A stretch of DNA of 48,835 nt, taken from the IMG/VR virus record IMGVR_UViG_2740892051_000004, positions 1-48,835 of that record; one strand, 5' to 3'. The translations under genes were made by a program, and so were the position numbers. The stretch comes from a virus (Duplodnaviria; Heunggongvirae; Uroviricota; Caudoviricetes). This document shows, piece after piece, positions 38,994 through 48,835 of the stretch; within the stretch, counting starts at the first letter, position 1, and each line of letters opens with the position of its first letter. Under the pieces are notes generated by a model, which worked only from the letters and a program-made list of their open reading frames with translations, did not search any database and had not been told where the DNA came from.

Positions 38994-39686
38994 ATGTTAT
39001 ATGCATTTAAGCTGGGCAGAAAACTGCGCGGCGAGGAACCTTATTGCCCTGAAAAAGGCGGGAAAGGTGGCAGCTCTGATAAAAGCGCAAAGTATGCAGC
39101 AGAAGCTCAGAAGTATGCCGCAGACCTGCAAAATCAGCAGTGGCAGACGATCATGAAAAACCTTGCTCCGTTCACGCCTCTTGCGGAGCAGTATGTTAAC
39201 CAGCTTCAGAACCTTTCCAGTTTAGAAGGTCAGGGGCAGGCACTTAATCAGTATTACAACTCTCAGCAGTATAAAGACCTTGCAGGTCAGGCTCGTTACC
39301 AGAGTCTTGCTGCTGCGGAGGCGACGGGTGGACTTGGTTCGACAGCCACAAGCAATCAACTGGCTACGATCGCGCCGACACTCGGTCAGTCTTGGTTATC
39401 AAATCAGATGAGCAATTACAACAATCTGGCAAACGTTGGGCTTGGTGCTCTGCAAGGTCAGGCAAACGCCGGGCAGACGTACGCCAACAACATGAGCAGC
39501 ATTGCACAGCAAAGCGCAGCTCTTGCCGCTGCTAATGCCAATAAACCATCAAGTCTTCAGACTGCAATTAGCGGTGGCACGTCTGGTGCGATTGCCGGTG
39601 CAGGTCTTGCCAGCCTTTTGGGAACATCAACGCCTTGGGGCGCTGGCATTGGTGCTGGTATCGGATTGCTTGGCTCGTTGTTTTAA
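38994..39686 (+). CDS. ejection protein (P22 gp7-like)
   Basis: 230 aa Gln/Ala/Gly-rich with C-terminal glycine-zipper TM-like segment. Confidence 0.6.
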   Translation: MLYAFKLGRKLRGEEPYCPEKGGKGGSSDKSAKYAAEAQKYAADLQNQQWQTIMKNLAPFTPLAEQYVNQLQNLSSLEGQGQALNQYYNSQQYKDLAGQARYQSLAAAEATGGLGSTATSNQLATIAPTLGQSWLSNQMSNYNNLANVGLGALQGQANAGQTYANNMSSIAQQSAALAAANANKPSSLQTAISGGTSGAIAGAGLASLLGTSTPWGAGIGAGIGLLGSLF

Positions 39687-39695
39687 GGGGTAATA

Positions 39696-41027
39696 ATGGC
39701 TACTTGGCAAGGATCAAATGGCGGATTGTTGGCTGGTATCGGCGGCGTCAACTCAAACGCTCCGAGCGTAAATGACATCGGCAATACGCTTCAGCTTATC
39801 AGGCAGAACAATGATATTGAGCGTTCAGGCGCTAACAATGTTGGGCTGACTGCTTTGCAAGGCCTTTCAGGTATTGCAGGGGTGTTTCAGCAGGAAAAGC
39901 AGGCTCAGCGGCAGAAAGAATTTCAGCAGGCGTACGCTAATGCTTATGCGTCTGGTGATCGCGGTGCTTTGCGTCAGTTGGCTACTCAATATCCAGACCA
40001 GATTGAATCCGTTCGTAAAGGCATGGGATTCATTGATGAAGACCAGCGCAATTCTATCGGCACCTTAGCTGCTGGCGCACGCCTTGCTGCCTCGTCTCCA
40101 GAAGCAATGCAATCATGGCTGCAAAACAACGCCGGTGAGTTAGCTCGTGTTGGCGTTAATCCTCAGGATGTCGCTCAGATGTACCAACAGAACCCGCAGC
40201 AGTTCGGCGAATTTGTCGATCACCTGGGGATGGCCAGTCTCGGACCCGAAAAATACTTTGACCTTCAGGATAAAATGCAGGGTCGACAGGTGACTATGCG
40301 CGGTCAGGATCTGGATTCGCAAACCGCCGCCCGGAATCAGGCAATCACAATGCGTGGGCAAGATATCCAGGCAAATTTAGGTCAGCAGCGCATTAATCTG
40401 GACGCAGAAACAAACCGCATTAACAACGAAAATAAGCACCTTGACCGGATGCTATCAGCAGAAACTAACGACCTGAAGCGCCAGGAAATACAGAGCCGCA
40501 TAGCAGCCAACAACCAGAAGTTGCAGCAGAAGCAGCAAGAGCTAAATGATGGCTACAAAGACGGCATCAACACTCTCACAACCAGCATGTTCACTCTGAA
40601 CGATATCGTTAATTCTCCTGCACTTAAGAGCATTACAGGCTTACGTGGAGCAATCCCCAACGTTCCAGGCTCACAGGCTGCAGACACTCAGGCACGACTT
40701 GATACCTTTAAATCCCAAGCATACCTGACAGCGGTTCAGGCCATGCGAGGCATGGGCGCACTTTCTGATGCCGAGGGCAAAAAGCTCGACCAGGCTGTTG
40801 GTTCGCTGCAGAACTCGCAGAGCGAGGAGTCCTTTCGTCGCAACGCTGGCGTCATCCTGAACACGCTCAACCAGAAGCGTAATGAGGCGGTTGGTAAGTA
40901 CGTTCAGCAAAACGGTATCAAGCGAGTGGAAGCGCCTCAGGCTTCTATAGATTACCTGAAGCAGCACCCAGAGCTGTCAATCGACTTCATTAATCGCTAC
41001 GGATATCTTCCATCTTTGGGGCAGTAA
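39696..41027 (+). CDS. ejection protein (P22 gp20-like)
   Basis: 443 aa, synteny. Confidence 0.6.
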   Translation: MATWQGSNGGLLAGIGGVNSNAPSVNDIGNTLQLIRQNNDIERSGANNVGLTALQGLSGIAGVFQQEKQAQRQKEFQQAYANAYASGDRGALRQLATQYPDQIESVRKGMGFIDEDQRNSIGTLAAGARLAASSPEAMQSWLQNNAGELARVGVNPQDVAQMYQQNPQQFGEFVDHLGMASLGPEKYFDLQDKMQGRQVTMRGQDLDSQTAARNQAITMRGQDIQANLGQQRINLDAETNRINNENKHLDRMLSAETNDLKRQEIQSRIAANNQKLQQKQQELNDGYKDGINTLTTSMFTLNDIVNSPALKSITGLRGAIPNVPGSQAADTQARLDTFKSQAYLTAVQAMRGMGALSDAEGKKLDQAVGSLQNSQSEESFRRNAGVILNTLNQKRNEAVGKYVQQNGIKRVEAPQASIDYLKQHPELSIDFINRYGYLPSLGQ

Positions 41028-43763
41028 ATGGCTAATTACCGTGATTTGTTAGAGCAGGCTGGCGCACGTTACGGTGTGCCAGAAGGGTTGATGACTGCAC
41101 TGGGTGCCAAGGAGTCTTCTTACAACCCTGCAGCAGTAAGCTCCTCCGGGGCTGTAGGATTGACTCAGGTTATGCCTGGGACATGGCGTGATATGGGTTA
41201 TACCGATGAGCAAATGCAAAACCCCGAATATCAGGCTGACGCTGGCGCGCGCTATCTGGCAAAGATGTACCAGCAGTTTGGTAACTGGCGTGATGCTCTT
41301 CAGGCTTATCACGACGGCCCCGGCAACGTTATGAAGGCAAAACGTGGTGAATATACGCCAGGACCTGAAGGCCGCGGTTACGTTGATGATCGCTTTGCTC
41401 AATGGGCGGGTGACCCGGTGACAGACTCAACAGTCGAACAGCGCGCCACCTCTGCAAAGGTACATCCTCAGCAAGACCCTAACAACCCGTTTGCACAACT
41501 GGAAGCACAGTCATCCGAACAAGTATCGGCATCAGGTGTGCAGTCAGACCCAAATAATCCATTTGCTCAGATTGAGCAGCAGGCAGCCAGTCAGCAGCCA
41601 CCTCAACCCGTAAGTTCTGTCGCACCGAAACCTGTTCAGCAACAAACAGTTAATCAGGCCAATAATGCACCAACACGGGAAGAACCATCATTGATGCAAC
41701 AAGCTGGCGATTGGCTCACTGGTGGTCAAAGTGCAGGGCAAATTGCAGAACAGGCTGGTCGTGGTCTGGTAAACATACCATTTGACGTATTACAGGGTGG
41801 CGCAAGTCTGATTAATGCAATCAGCCAGGGGCTCGGTGGCCCCAAGGTTTTGGATGATGTTTATCGCCCTGTCGATCGACCGACAGACCCTTATGCGCAA
41901 GCTGGAGAGTCAATAGGCGGTTATCTTGTTCCTGGAGCAGGTGTAGCTGGAAACATGGTCATTGGTTCTCTCGCTGACGCGGCGAATCAACGGGGTGATT
42001 TTGCCGAAAATGCCGCTATTAATGCCGGACTTAACATTGCTACGCATGGCCTGATAAATGGCGTTACCCGTGGTGTTCGTGGTGCATCAAATATAATTAG
42101 TGGCAATAAAACATCTGCACAGAGAGCGACCACTGCGCCAACAGAAACATCACCATTCTCCGGTGATGCCGCAGAGGCAACAAATCCTGCGGTTCATGCC
42201 GCAGAGGCAAGAGCAGCACAAGGTGTACCAATGACTCCTGCGACGAGGAACCCAGAGGAAGTCGTTCGCACAGTAGCAGCACAAAAAAGGCCAAATCTCG
42301 CTTCATCGCTTGATGAACTAGATATCAATCCTCAGGCTGAAGTTCTGGAGTCTGCTGAAAGGCTTAATGTTGATTCATTACTCCCTTCACACTTTTCCGG
42401 GAACGAGCAATACAAGGCAGTTGAGCAAGCAATCAAGTCCCGTGCGGGTTCTGCTCTACAGGTGCAGGAAAATGAAGCAATCAGGCAGCTAGCACAGGGT
42501 GCGGGGGAGATAATTGATCGCGTTTCCGGTGCAAAAGATGCTCTTGGTATGAGCGACAAGTTTATTGATACGGTCAATGGAAGAATGTCTGCGCTGATGA
42601 AACGAAGCGACCAGCTTTATCGCAATGTTGAAAAGGCGATGCCTGCAGGTGCAAAAATTGATGCGCCATCAACAAGGTCAATGCTCAAACAGGTGGCAGA
42701 AGATCTTGGCGGGATGAAAAACCTTGACCCTATTGAAAAGAGAGTCTTTCGGGCAGTTAATCCAGGCAAGAACGGCGCATTAACTTATGCAAATCTCAAT
42801 AAGCAACGACGACTTGTTGGTGATGCACTTCATAAGAATTCTGGACCATATAAAGATGCTGATCGCGCTGCTTTATCGAGGCTTTACGGTTCGCTCGCCG
42901 ATGATCAAAAGGCGGCGCTGTCAGAGACAAATGCATTACGTGATTTTGAAGTTGCTCAGAGGCTTGTTCAGATGCGAAAAAGCATGGAAGAGCAAATGAT
43001 TAATCTAACTGGCAGAACGCTGAACGGTGATGTTTCTCGCAAAGCAACTACAGCACTACAGGCAATGTCGAAAGGCGATGCCAAAGGATTTCGTGAATTG
43101 ATGCAAAACACGCCGTCCAGGAAGCTAAGAACCGAGCTACTGGGAACAGGTCTTCGTGATATGCTTTCGAACGGAAAACGTGGCGCTGATTTTAATCCTG
43201 CAGGGTTTGCTGACTGGTATCAAAACATGTTAGCAAACGGGCAGATGCGCAATCTTGCCCGACATTTACCAAAAGAGACTATGTCAGGTCTGAACGATGT
43301 ATATAAGGTCGCAAAGGCTATCAAAGATGCAAAATCTTACGAGATAACTACAGGAAGACTAAACGAGTTCGTCAAACGGTTTAATCGCGTCACTGCGGCA
43401 AATGAATTTGTTGCTAACCATGCCCAACGCATTGGCACTGCGGTTGGTTCAACTGTGTCAGGACCGTTCAGTGCAGTAGGTGCTGTTGCTGGGTCAGAAA
43501 TTGGGGCAAAAGTCGCCAGCAAAATTAGGGCGATGGGCGGCGCTGCATCAATGGAATCTGCAGAAAAGCTAATTAGCTCACCAGAATTCCAGAAAGCAGC
43601 AAGGTTGGCAGTAAGACAAGCACCAGAAAGCATCGTTGATACAACTGTAAGACGCTCTTCTGCTTGGCGCTCGTTTTACAACTCACTTCCAGAATCAGAT
43701 AAGAAAACCATATCAAGGCTAGGCATCATGTACTGGATGAACAGTGATGATAACCAGAAGTAA
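41028..43763 (+). CDS. ejection/injection protein with N-terminal lytic transglycosylase (SLT) domain
   Basis: '[28 protein letters not shown]...YLAKMY' SLT catalytic Glu motif; 911 aa. Confidence 0.75.
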   Translation: MANYRDLLEQAGARYGVPEGLMTALGAKESSYNPAAVSSSGAVGLTQVMPGTWRDMGYTDEQMQNPEYQADAGARYLAKMYQQFGNWRDALQAYHDGPGNVMKAKRGEYTPGPEGRGYVDDRFAQWAGDPVTDSTVEQRATSAKVHPQQDPNNPFAQLEAQSSEQVSASGVQSDPNNPFAQIEQQAASQQPPQPVSSVAPKPVQQQTVNQANNAPTREEPSLMQQAGDWLTGGQSAGQIAEQAGRGLVNIPFDVLQGGASLINAISQGLGGPKVLDDVYRPVDRPTDPYAQAGESIGGYLVPGAGVAGNMVIGSLADAANQRGDFAENAAINAGLNIATHGLINGVTRGVRGASNIISGNKTSAQRATTAPTETSPFSGDAAEATNPAVHAAEARAAQGVPMTPATRNPEEVVRTVAAQKRPNLASSLDELDINPQAEVLESAERLNVDSLLPSHFSGNEQYKAVEQAIKSRAGSALQVQENEAIRQLAQGAGEIIDRVSGAKDALGMSDKFIDTVNGRMSALMKRSDQLYRNVEKAMPAGAKIDAPSTRSMLKQVAEDLGGMKNLDPIEKRVFRAVNPGKNGALTYANLNKQRRLVGDALHKNSGPYKDADRAALSRLYGSLADDQKAALSETNALRDFEVAQRLVQMRKSMEEQMINLTGRTLNGDVSRKATTALQAMSKGDAKGFRELMQNTPSRKLRTELLGTGLRDMLSNGKRGADFNPAGFADWYQNMLANGQMRNLARHLPKETMSGLNDVYKVAKAIKDAKSYEITTGRLNEFVKRFNRVTAANEFVANHAQRIGTAVGSTVSGPFSAVGAVAGSEIGAKVASKIRAMGGAASMESAEKLISSPEFQKAARLAVRQAPESIVDTTVRRSSAWRSFYNSLPESDKKTISRLGIMYWMNSDDNQK

Positions 43764-43780
43764 CGGAAAGCCACGGATGG

Positions 43781-43861
43781 TTAGTTGCTGTCTTTTTTAT
43801 ATAAATCTCTGAGCGTATCAAAGAAAATTTTCTTTACCATATCAGATTGTTGTTCTGCCAT
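43781..43861 (-). pseudogene. mnt-like 3' remnant (26 codons)
   Basis: Minus strand encodes 'MAEQQSDMVKKIFFDTLRDLYKKDSN', homologous to C-terminus of intact Mnt at 45008..45259; no N-terminal half. Confidence 0.4.
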
Positions 43862-43951
43862 ACGCGATGCTATTGGTAGCGATGAATTCAATCGCTTGTC
43901 GAGAGCTGGTATTGTCGCCTCGTTAAGCGGTATGAATGAATATGAATAGCT

Positions 43952-44437
43952 TTATCTAATGTTGCTGCTACTGTTGCATGTGACGGTATTTCCAAATCCT
44001 GAATTGCAGTTTGTATAGGTGTCAACACGCGTCGGGTAAGGTTGAGTTATAACAGGCTGGCGCGCTTTTTGCTCGATCGCTTGCATTGTGTTTACAGCCT
44101 GATAATTCAATAAAGCCTGCTGGAATGCTTGGCTTTGCGCTATTTGTTGGGCTTGTTCTTGGCTTTGTAATTGAACATAAAGATTCTGAAGCTCAAGTCT
44201 TGCCTGCGCGTCACTTATCTTGCCATCATCGACACCTTGCCCGAGCATCTTCGCAGCAAGGACATATAACTTAGGTGTTGGTGCTGATGCCATGCGTGAG
44301 TCGTTCTTCACGCTAGCATCAAGGCAATTAGCCATATCGCTAAGCTTTGGATAGCGTTGTTCGCAACTTGCCTGATAGTCGCTAACCTTTGCACACCCTG
44401 CCAGCAGAAGCGGGATAATTAACAGTGATTTTTTCAT
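43952..44437 (-). CDS. lipoprotein (moron), function unknown
   Basis: Start 'MKKSLLIIPLLLAGC' signal peptide with lipobox, GGAGAG RBS; Gln-rich C-terminal half. Confidence 0.6.
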   Translation of the reverse strand: MKKSLLIIPLLLAGCAKVSDYQASCEQRYPKLSDMANCLDASVKNDSRMASAPTPKLYVLAAKMLGQGVDDGKISDAQARLELQNLYVQLQSQEQAQQIAQSQAFQQALLNYQAVNTMQAIEQKARQPVITQPYPTRVDTYTNCNSGFGNTVTCNSSSNIR

Positions 44438-44571
44438 ATGATTAACTCTCCTTATCTTTGCCATCATGGCACTGTTGGGTGTAAATGAGTTATTAACTCA
44501 ATCGACAATATCTTCACGAAAATACTTTTTATTATTAAGATCTTTCTGATTCTAACAAAACGGAAAGTAAT

Positions 44572-44991
44572 ATGAAGAGGATTATCGGCGTCGTTGCTGG
44601 CGCTATATTGTTATCTGGGTGCGCAACTATTGTTGGTGATGAAACGCAGCTTGTGCAAGTGAACAGCAATCCTTCTGGCGCGAGCTTTAAGGTAAAAGAT
44701 GAATCTGGTGTGATTGTTGCGCAAGGTAAGACTCCACAAGGTGTAACACTCGCCAAGTCAGATGGTAGCTATTTTGGCAAAAAGAGCTACCAGATCACTA
44801 TGGAGAAGGATGGGTACGAACCAGTTACCCTGCCAATCAAAGCCAATGCTAATGGTTGGTATATTGGTGGGAACCTTGTGTTTGGTGGGTTAATTGGTTG
44901 GCTTGCTGTAGATCCATTTAATGGTGGGATGTATACCTTGAAGCCAAAAGAGGCAAACGCATCTCTTATACCATCAACAAAGCAAGACTAA
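44572..44991 (+). CDS. lipoprotein (moron), function unknown
   Basis: 'MKRIIGVVAGAILLSGC' lipobox; Gly-rich 'GWYIGGNLVFGGLIGWL' segment. Confidence 0.6.
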   Translation: MKRIIGVVAGAILLSGCATIVGDETQLVQVNSNPSGASFKVKDESGVIVAQGKTPQGVTLAKSDGSYFGKKSYQITMEKDGYEPVTLPIKANANGWYIGGNLVFGGLIGWLAVDPFNGGMYTLKPKEANASLIPSTKQD

Positions 44992-44997
44992 TAAATA

Positions 44998-45025
44998 GGA
45001 CCCACCTTCAGGTGGGTTTTTTGTA
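44998..45025. terminator. bidirectional rho-independent terminator
   Basis: CCCACC-ttca-GGTGGG then TTTTTT; overlaps mnt stop. Confidence 0.55.
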
Positions 45026-45259
45026 CAAATCCTTCAGCGTATCAAACACCATCTTCTTAACAAGCTCTGATTGCTCATCAGCGATGCGTTCCGCATCGTC
45101 TCGATAGCCTGAAATTTTGGATGGCCTTGATACAGCATCAGTCACTATCTGAACTAATTCTGAATTAAGAGAGCGGCCATTGGATTTGGCTCGCTGTTTT
45201 AGTTTTTCCTTTAATTCGTAAGGTAGCCGCAGATTAAATTGCGGGTCATCTCTTCCCAT
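45008..45259 (-). CDS. mnt: Mnt repressor (Arc/MetJ ribbon-helix-helix family)
   Basis: 83 aa; 'DDPQFNLRLPYELKEKLKQRAKSNGRSLNSELVQIV...DAERIADEQSELVKKMVFDTLKDLYKK' closely matches P22 Mnt. Confidence 0.85.
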   Translation of the reverse strand: MGRDDPQFNLRLPYELKEKLKQRAKSNGRSLNSELVQIVTDAVSRPSKISGYRDDAERIADEQSELVKKMVFDTLKDLYKKPT

Positions 45260-45323
45260 TCTTGATGCCTCGCTCTTGTGAGTGGATCGGCATCTTATTA
45301 TCTGCTGGTTGCATCCTCAATAA

Positions 45324-45336
45324 GACCACGGTGGTC
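45324..45336. promoter_or_regulatory. candidate Mnt operator
   Basis: Perfect palindrome GACCACGGTGGTC upstream of mnt, resembling the P22 Omnt core. Confidence 0.45.
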
Positions 45337-45394
45337 GTATTTTTTGGTTAATAATGCATCACTGCGGCCATTCCTTGTATCTGGAGCAAATTAA

Positions 45395-47569
45395 ATGACA
45401 GACATTACAGCCAATGTTGTGGTGAGCATGCCTTCGCAACTCTTCACTATGGCCCGCTCTTTTAAAGCCGTAGCTAATGGCAAAATTTATATCGGTAAAA
45501 TTGACACTGACCCAGTAAATCCTGAAAACCAGATTCAGGTTTATGTGGAGAATGAAGACGGTTCTCACGTTCCTGTTTCGCAACCAATAATCATTAACGC
45601 TGCTGGATATCCGGTATATAACGGACAGATTGCCAAATTCGTAACCGTGCAAGGCCATTCTATGGCTGTTTATGATGCGTATGGTACACAGCAGTTCTAT
45701 TTTCCGAATGTGCTGAAGTATGACCCGGATCAGTTTAAATTACTTATTGGCGGTACAGATGGTAGTAAATATATCGGTTTCGGCGCTTCAACGGTTTACG
45801 ATGCAATCAGGAAAACACCTCAATACTATGGAGCTAAAGCAGATGGATTGACATCAGATTCTGATGCCATTAATGCCGCAGCATTAGCTGCTTTTAATAA
45901 TGGTGGTGGGGAAATATTTTACCCTCCAGGTGTTTATTTAATAGATTCTCCTATCATTCTTTATACAGGCGTTCATCATAAAGGCTCTGGAAAGAGAGCA
46001 ACATTTCTGTATGTTAAAAAAGGTAGTAATACAGATGTATTTAAAACACATGGCTTTGGCGTTGTGGAAAATCTGTCTGATGCGCCATATGGATTTAGCA
46101 TAAAAGATATGACCATTGATGGTAATTATCTTGACTTGCAAAGAGATACAAACTCATGGAGAACTTGCGACACTGTTAACAATGACTATGGAACTGCCAT
46201 TAAAATATTCGGCAGCATGTACCATATTGACGTTGAGATTAATAATGTTGCAGAACATGCTCTCTATTCAGAGGGGTATGGATCATTTCATGATAATCAG
46301 GAACACGCCTCTGAAGTGAGGATAACGGGGAGAATTTCAGGGAGAGAGGGGGTTGTGTTCAGGGGGCCAGGTGATATTAACCTGGATTATATTGTTTTTG
46401 GCCTGTGTGGACTTCCTCCTTACAGCGCAAGATTAACAGCAACAAGCCAACAAAGCCTTCTTTATCCAGGAGAACCATGTCATGGAATTGTTCTTGATAA
46501 TCAGTCTCCTTATACAGGACATGTCGATATAAATTACATCCATGTATATGCCGCGTATTATGGCTATGGATTTAAGACGCTGGGTGTTAACCGATTTAAT
46601 GCGAGGCATGTGTGTGTTGATAATAGTTTAGGTGGTTACTGGTTTACCAACGGGGCACATGGTGTTGTTGCCATCGCAGAAGCCAGGGCGTGCGGAAGAA
46701 TGCCAGATAACTACACTGGCGATTCAATTTCTCCTCTCCGCGACATGCTTCTGGATAACGGTACAATCTGGACACTTAACATCAATATAAAAGCACAAAG
46801 ATATTCACCTTCAATTGATGATGATGGGTATCAGATAGCTATATCAGGCAACAACAATGTAGTTACAATAAACCAAATCGGTCAGTTGCAGAGTGACAAT
46901 GCCCCTATTAAAGCCTCGCTTCTTTCTGTTACTGGTGACAATAACAATGTTACTTTTACATCCAAGAGGATAAAAGGAAATTTATGTTACTTATCCGGCG
47001 GTGGTAATAATATAAGAGGTTCGTGTGATAATTTGTTTTCGGGTTCTGCTCTTATTCGCGATGCAGTAAATTCAACAACAATTTGTTTTGCGAACAGCGT
47101 AGATATAACTGCGAAGGGGCTTTCTTCTGATTGCACTGGATTTAACAGCATTGGCACATGTGCATCAGAGAATATAAGATTAATCACTTCAGGCGCAAAT
47201 GGTTATAATAGGTTTTTAGGTGATAGAATGGCAGCCCTTAACAGGACGTGTACGTGGACGATTATGGCAACAGTTGGAAACTCAATAAATGGGAAATCAA
47301 CTGACGATTATATTGAGTGGAATATGCCAAACCCAACAGGTAGCGAATCTAACGAGGTTGATATTGAGCATAATTTTCTGTATGCCCCAACACCAAACCA
47401 GATTGCTGTGTTGGGGTTTAGACAACCTGCTGGTTCTGCAGAAGGTGCAACTTTAAGTCCAATAGAAATTATCGGAACTCCAAGTGAGTCTTCTTTCAGA
47501 ATTAGATACCATTGGTCAGGCCCTTTATCTTCTGGCTCTGCTCCAATTGTAATGTTCAGGATTAGATAG
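45395..47569 (+). CDS. tailspike protein (P22 gp9-like head-binding domain + divergent receptor-binding domain)
   Basis: N-terminus '[18 protein letters not shown]...[37 protein letters not shown]...LKYDPDQF' matches P22 tailspike; remainder AT-rich and unrelated. Confidence 0.85.
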   Translation: MTDITANVVVSMPSQLFTMARSFKAVANGKIYIGKIDTDPVNPENQIQVYVENEDGSHVPVSQPIIINAAGYPVYNGQIAKFVTVQGHSMAVYDAYGTQQFYFPNVLKYDPDQFKLLIGGTDGSKYIGFGASTVYDAIRKTPQYYGAKADGLTSDSDAINAAALAAFNNGGGEIFYPPGVYLIDSPIILYTGVHHKGSGKRATFLYVKKGSNTDVFKTHGFGVVENLSDAPYGFSIKDMTIDGNYLDLQRDTNSWRTCDTVNNDYGTAIKIFGSMYHIDVEINNVAEHALYSEGYGSFHDNQEHASEVRITGRISGREGVVFRGPGDINLDYIVFGLCGLPPYSARLTATSQQSLLYPGEPCHGIVLDNQSPYTGHVDINYIHVYAAYYGYGFKTLGVNRFNARHVCVDNSLGGYWFTNGAHGVVAIAEARACGRMPDNYTGDSISPLRDMLLDNGTIWTLNINIKAQRYSPSIDDDGYQIAISGNNNVVTINQIGQLQSDNAPIKASLLSVTGDNNNVTFTSKRIKGNLCYLSGGGNNIRGSCDNLFSGSALIRDAVNSTTICFANSVDITAKGLSSDCTGFNSIGTCASENIRLITSGANGYNRFLGDRMAALNRTCTWTIMATVGNSINGKSTDDYIEWNMPNPTGSESNEVDIEHNFLYAPTPNQIAVLGFRQPAGSAEGATLSPIEIIGTPSESSFRIRYHWSGPLSSGSAPIVMFRIR

Positions 47570-47619
47570 AATTAATTGATATTTTAAAAAATTAAATTAT
47601 TAGTTGATAAATTGTATGC

Positions 47620-47665
47620 GCAAGGCCTGTAACTTGAGTGCCAGGCCTTGCATGTTTTCATTGAT
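47620..47665. terminator. terminator between tailspike and integrase
   Basis: GCAAGGCCTG-N12-CAGGCCTTGC 10-bp stem followed by T-rich tract. Confidence 0.5.
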
Positions 47666-47677
47666 TTTTAAGATGGT

Positions 47678-48835
47678 TCACTCCACCTTTTCATCAAGCC
47701 AGTCCGCCCACCATTGCATCATTTCTCTGCGCTTATCGAGATACTGAGCATGGTTGTAAATTCCACGTACAGATCCGCCGTTGGCATGTGCCAGTTGCAC
47801 TTCAATGGCGTCGGCAGGCCATTCGTGCTCGTTCATAATCGTGCTGAATTCATGCCTGAATCCGTGACCGCTTTCCAGCCCCTCATAGCCGATTTGTTTG
47901 ATCACAAGCAATACCGCGTTCTCGCAGATTGGTTTCTTCTTATCGTTGCGCCCGGCAAAAACAAACTCTGAGACTGGTTTGGTGATTGAGCTTAGCGTAG
48001 TAAGAAGTTCAACCACCTGGTCTGACATAGGAACCACATGAATTTTGCGTCCCTTCATCACACTGGCGTCGATGGTGATAATCCTGTTTTCAAAATCGAC
48101 GTTCTTCCATTGCATGGAGCGAAGCTCTTTCGTTCTTAGGGCTGTGTAGCGTAAAACTTTGGTCGCAATGAGCGATACGATACTTCCTGAAAATGTTGCC
48201 AGTGCTTTGTTGAATGCCGGGATCTGGTCTGCAGGAAGAAACGGGAAGTTCTTCTTGCGGTATCCCTTCATGGCGTCAGCAAGGTCAGGTGCCGGGTTAT
48301 ATTTAGCCCTACCAGTAACAATAGCGTAACGAAAAACCTCGCCGCATCTTCTGCGGGCTTTGTTGGCTCGCTCCATTGCACCGCGATCTTCAAATCTGCG
48401 GATTACTTCCAGCAGTTGCATCGGCTCAATATCCTGAATCTCAAGACCGCCGATGATGGGTAAAATGTCGTCATCAAACATTTTGGCAAGTTCAGTTGCA
48501 TAGCCTACTGACCAGACTTGCTTCTTGTGCTCGTACCATTCCTTGTAAATCGCACTAAATGAATTGTTGTTAGACGAAGCCTTTTTCGCCTTTACCGGAT
48601 CGATGCCAACCGAGATGTCTTTCCTCGCAGTCCATGCCTTATCCCTTGCTTCCTGCAAAGTCATAAGCGGATATTTTCCGACGGTCAGGATTTTCTCCTT
48701 ACCGTCAATCTTGTAGCGAAGCTGCCATACCTTTTTCCCTGACACAGGGACATAAAGGTACAGGCCATTACCATCGAGAAGGCGGTATGGTTTTTCTTTT
48801 GGCTTTGCTGCTTCAATCTGCTTAACGGTGAGCAT
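47678..48835 (-). CDS. int: tyrosine integrase, P4 family (second copy); start codon at window edge
   Basis: 385 aa; paralogous to 9199..10374 ('RRRCGEVFRYAIVTGRAKYNPAPDLA', 'HGFRHE', 'RGIYNHAQY'). Confidence 0.9.
   Translation of the reverse strand: MLTVKQIEAAKPKEKPYRLLDGNGLYLYVPVSGKKVWQLRYKIDGKEKILTVGKYPLMTLQEARDKAWTARKDISVGIDPVKAKKASSNNNSFSAIYKEWYEHKKQVWSVGYATELAKMFDDDILPIIGGLEIQDIEPMQLLEVIRRFEDRGAMERANKARRRCGEVFRYAIVTGRAKYNPAPDLADAMKGYRKKNFPFLPADQIPAFNKALATFSGSIVSLIATKVLRYTALRTKELRSMQWKNVDFENRIITIDASVMKGRKIHVVPMSDQVVELLTTLSSITKPVSEFVFAGRNDKKKPICENAVLLVIKQIGYEGLESGHGFRHEFSTIMNEHEWPADAIEVQLAHANGGSVRGIYNHAQYLDKRREMMQWWADWLDEKVE

Larger units (their letters stand above)
9199..47677. mobile_element. 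mosaic lambdoid prophage (lambda/21-like early and lysis genes, P22-like virion module); boundaries inferred from gene order
   Basis: Canonical int-xis-early left-cI-cro-replication-nin-Q-lysis-terminase-head-tailspike order. Confidence 0.7.

Overview
The window is almost entirely mobile DNA of an E. coli-like enterobacterial chromosome, apparently a tandem array of integrative elements. (i) 1 to ~9.2 kb is a P4-like phage satellite segment, all on the + strand: AlpA regulator, a P2-type scaffold/capsid-like gene pair, a P4-style CI-RNA immunity region (seqA/seqB/seqC), small early ORFs, an alpha-type primase-helicase, an iteron origin, a Delta/Ogr-type zinc-finger activator, and finally a markedly AT-rich two-gene cargo cassette (7366..9219) encoding a PD-(D/E)xK-like protein plus an unknown partner. 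This cassette is my best candidate for an undescribed anti-phage system. (ii) ~9.2 to 47.6 kb is an apparently complete mosaic lambdoid prophage: P4-family integrase with AlpA-type excisionase, an early-left operon (Ea22-like, DEDDh exonuclease, SSB, Rad52-like annealase, Kil, CIII, charged coiled-coil protein), SieB-like exclusion protein, phage-21-type N with nut sites, cI/cro/cII, O with iterons, DnaB-like helicase, NinB/E/F/G/H, phosphatase, Q, two tRNAs, a lambda-type S/R/Rz/Rz1 lysis cassette, an AT-rich T5orf172/GIY-YIG-like moron, and a P22-like virion module ending in a two-lipoprotein moron, Mnt repressor and tailspike. (iii) 47678..48835 is a second P4-family integrase that starts a further element running off the window. 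No att core or tRNA target could be identified by eye, so element boundaries are inferred from gene order. All homology statements are from reading the translations and recalled family signatures, not from searches; coordinates of features not in the ORF track were counted by hand and may be off by a few bases.
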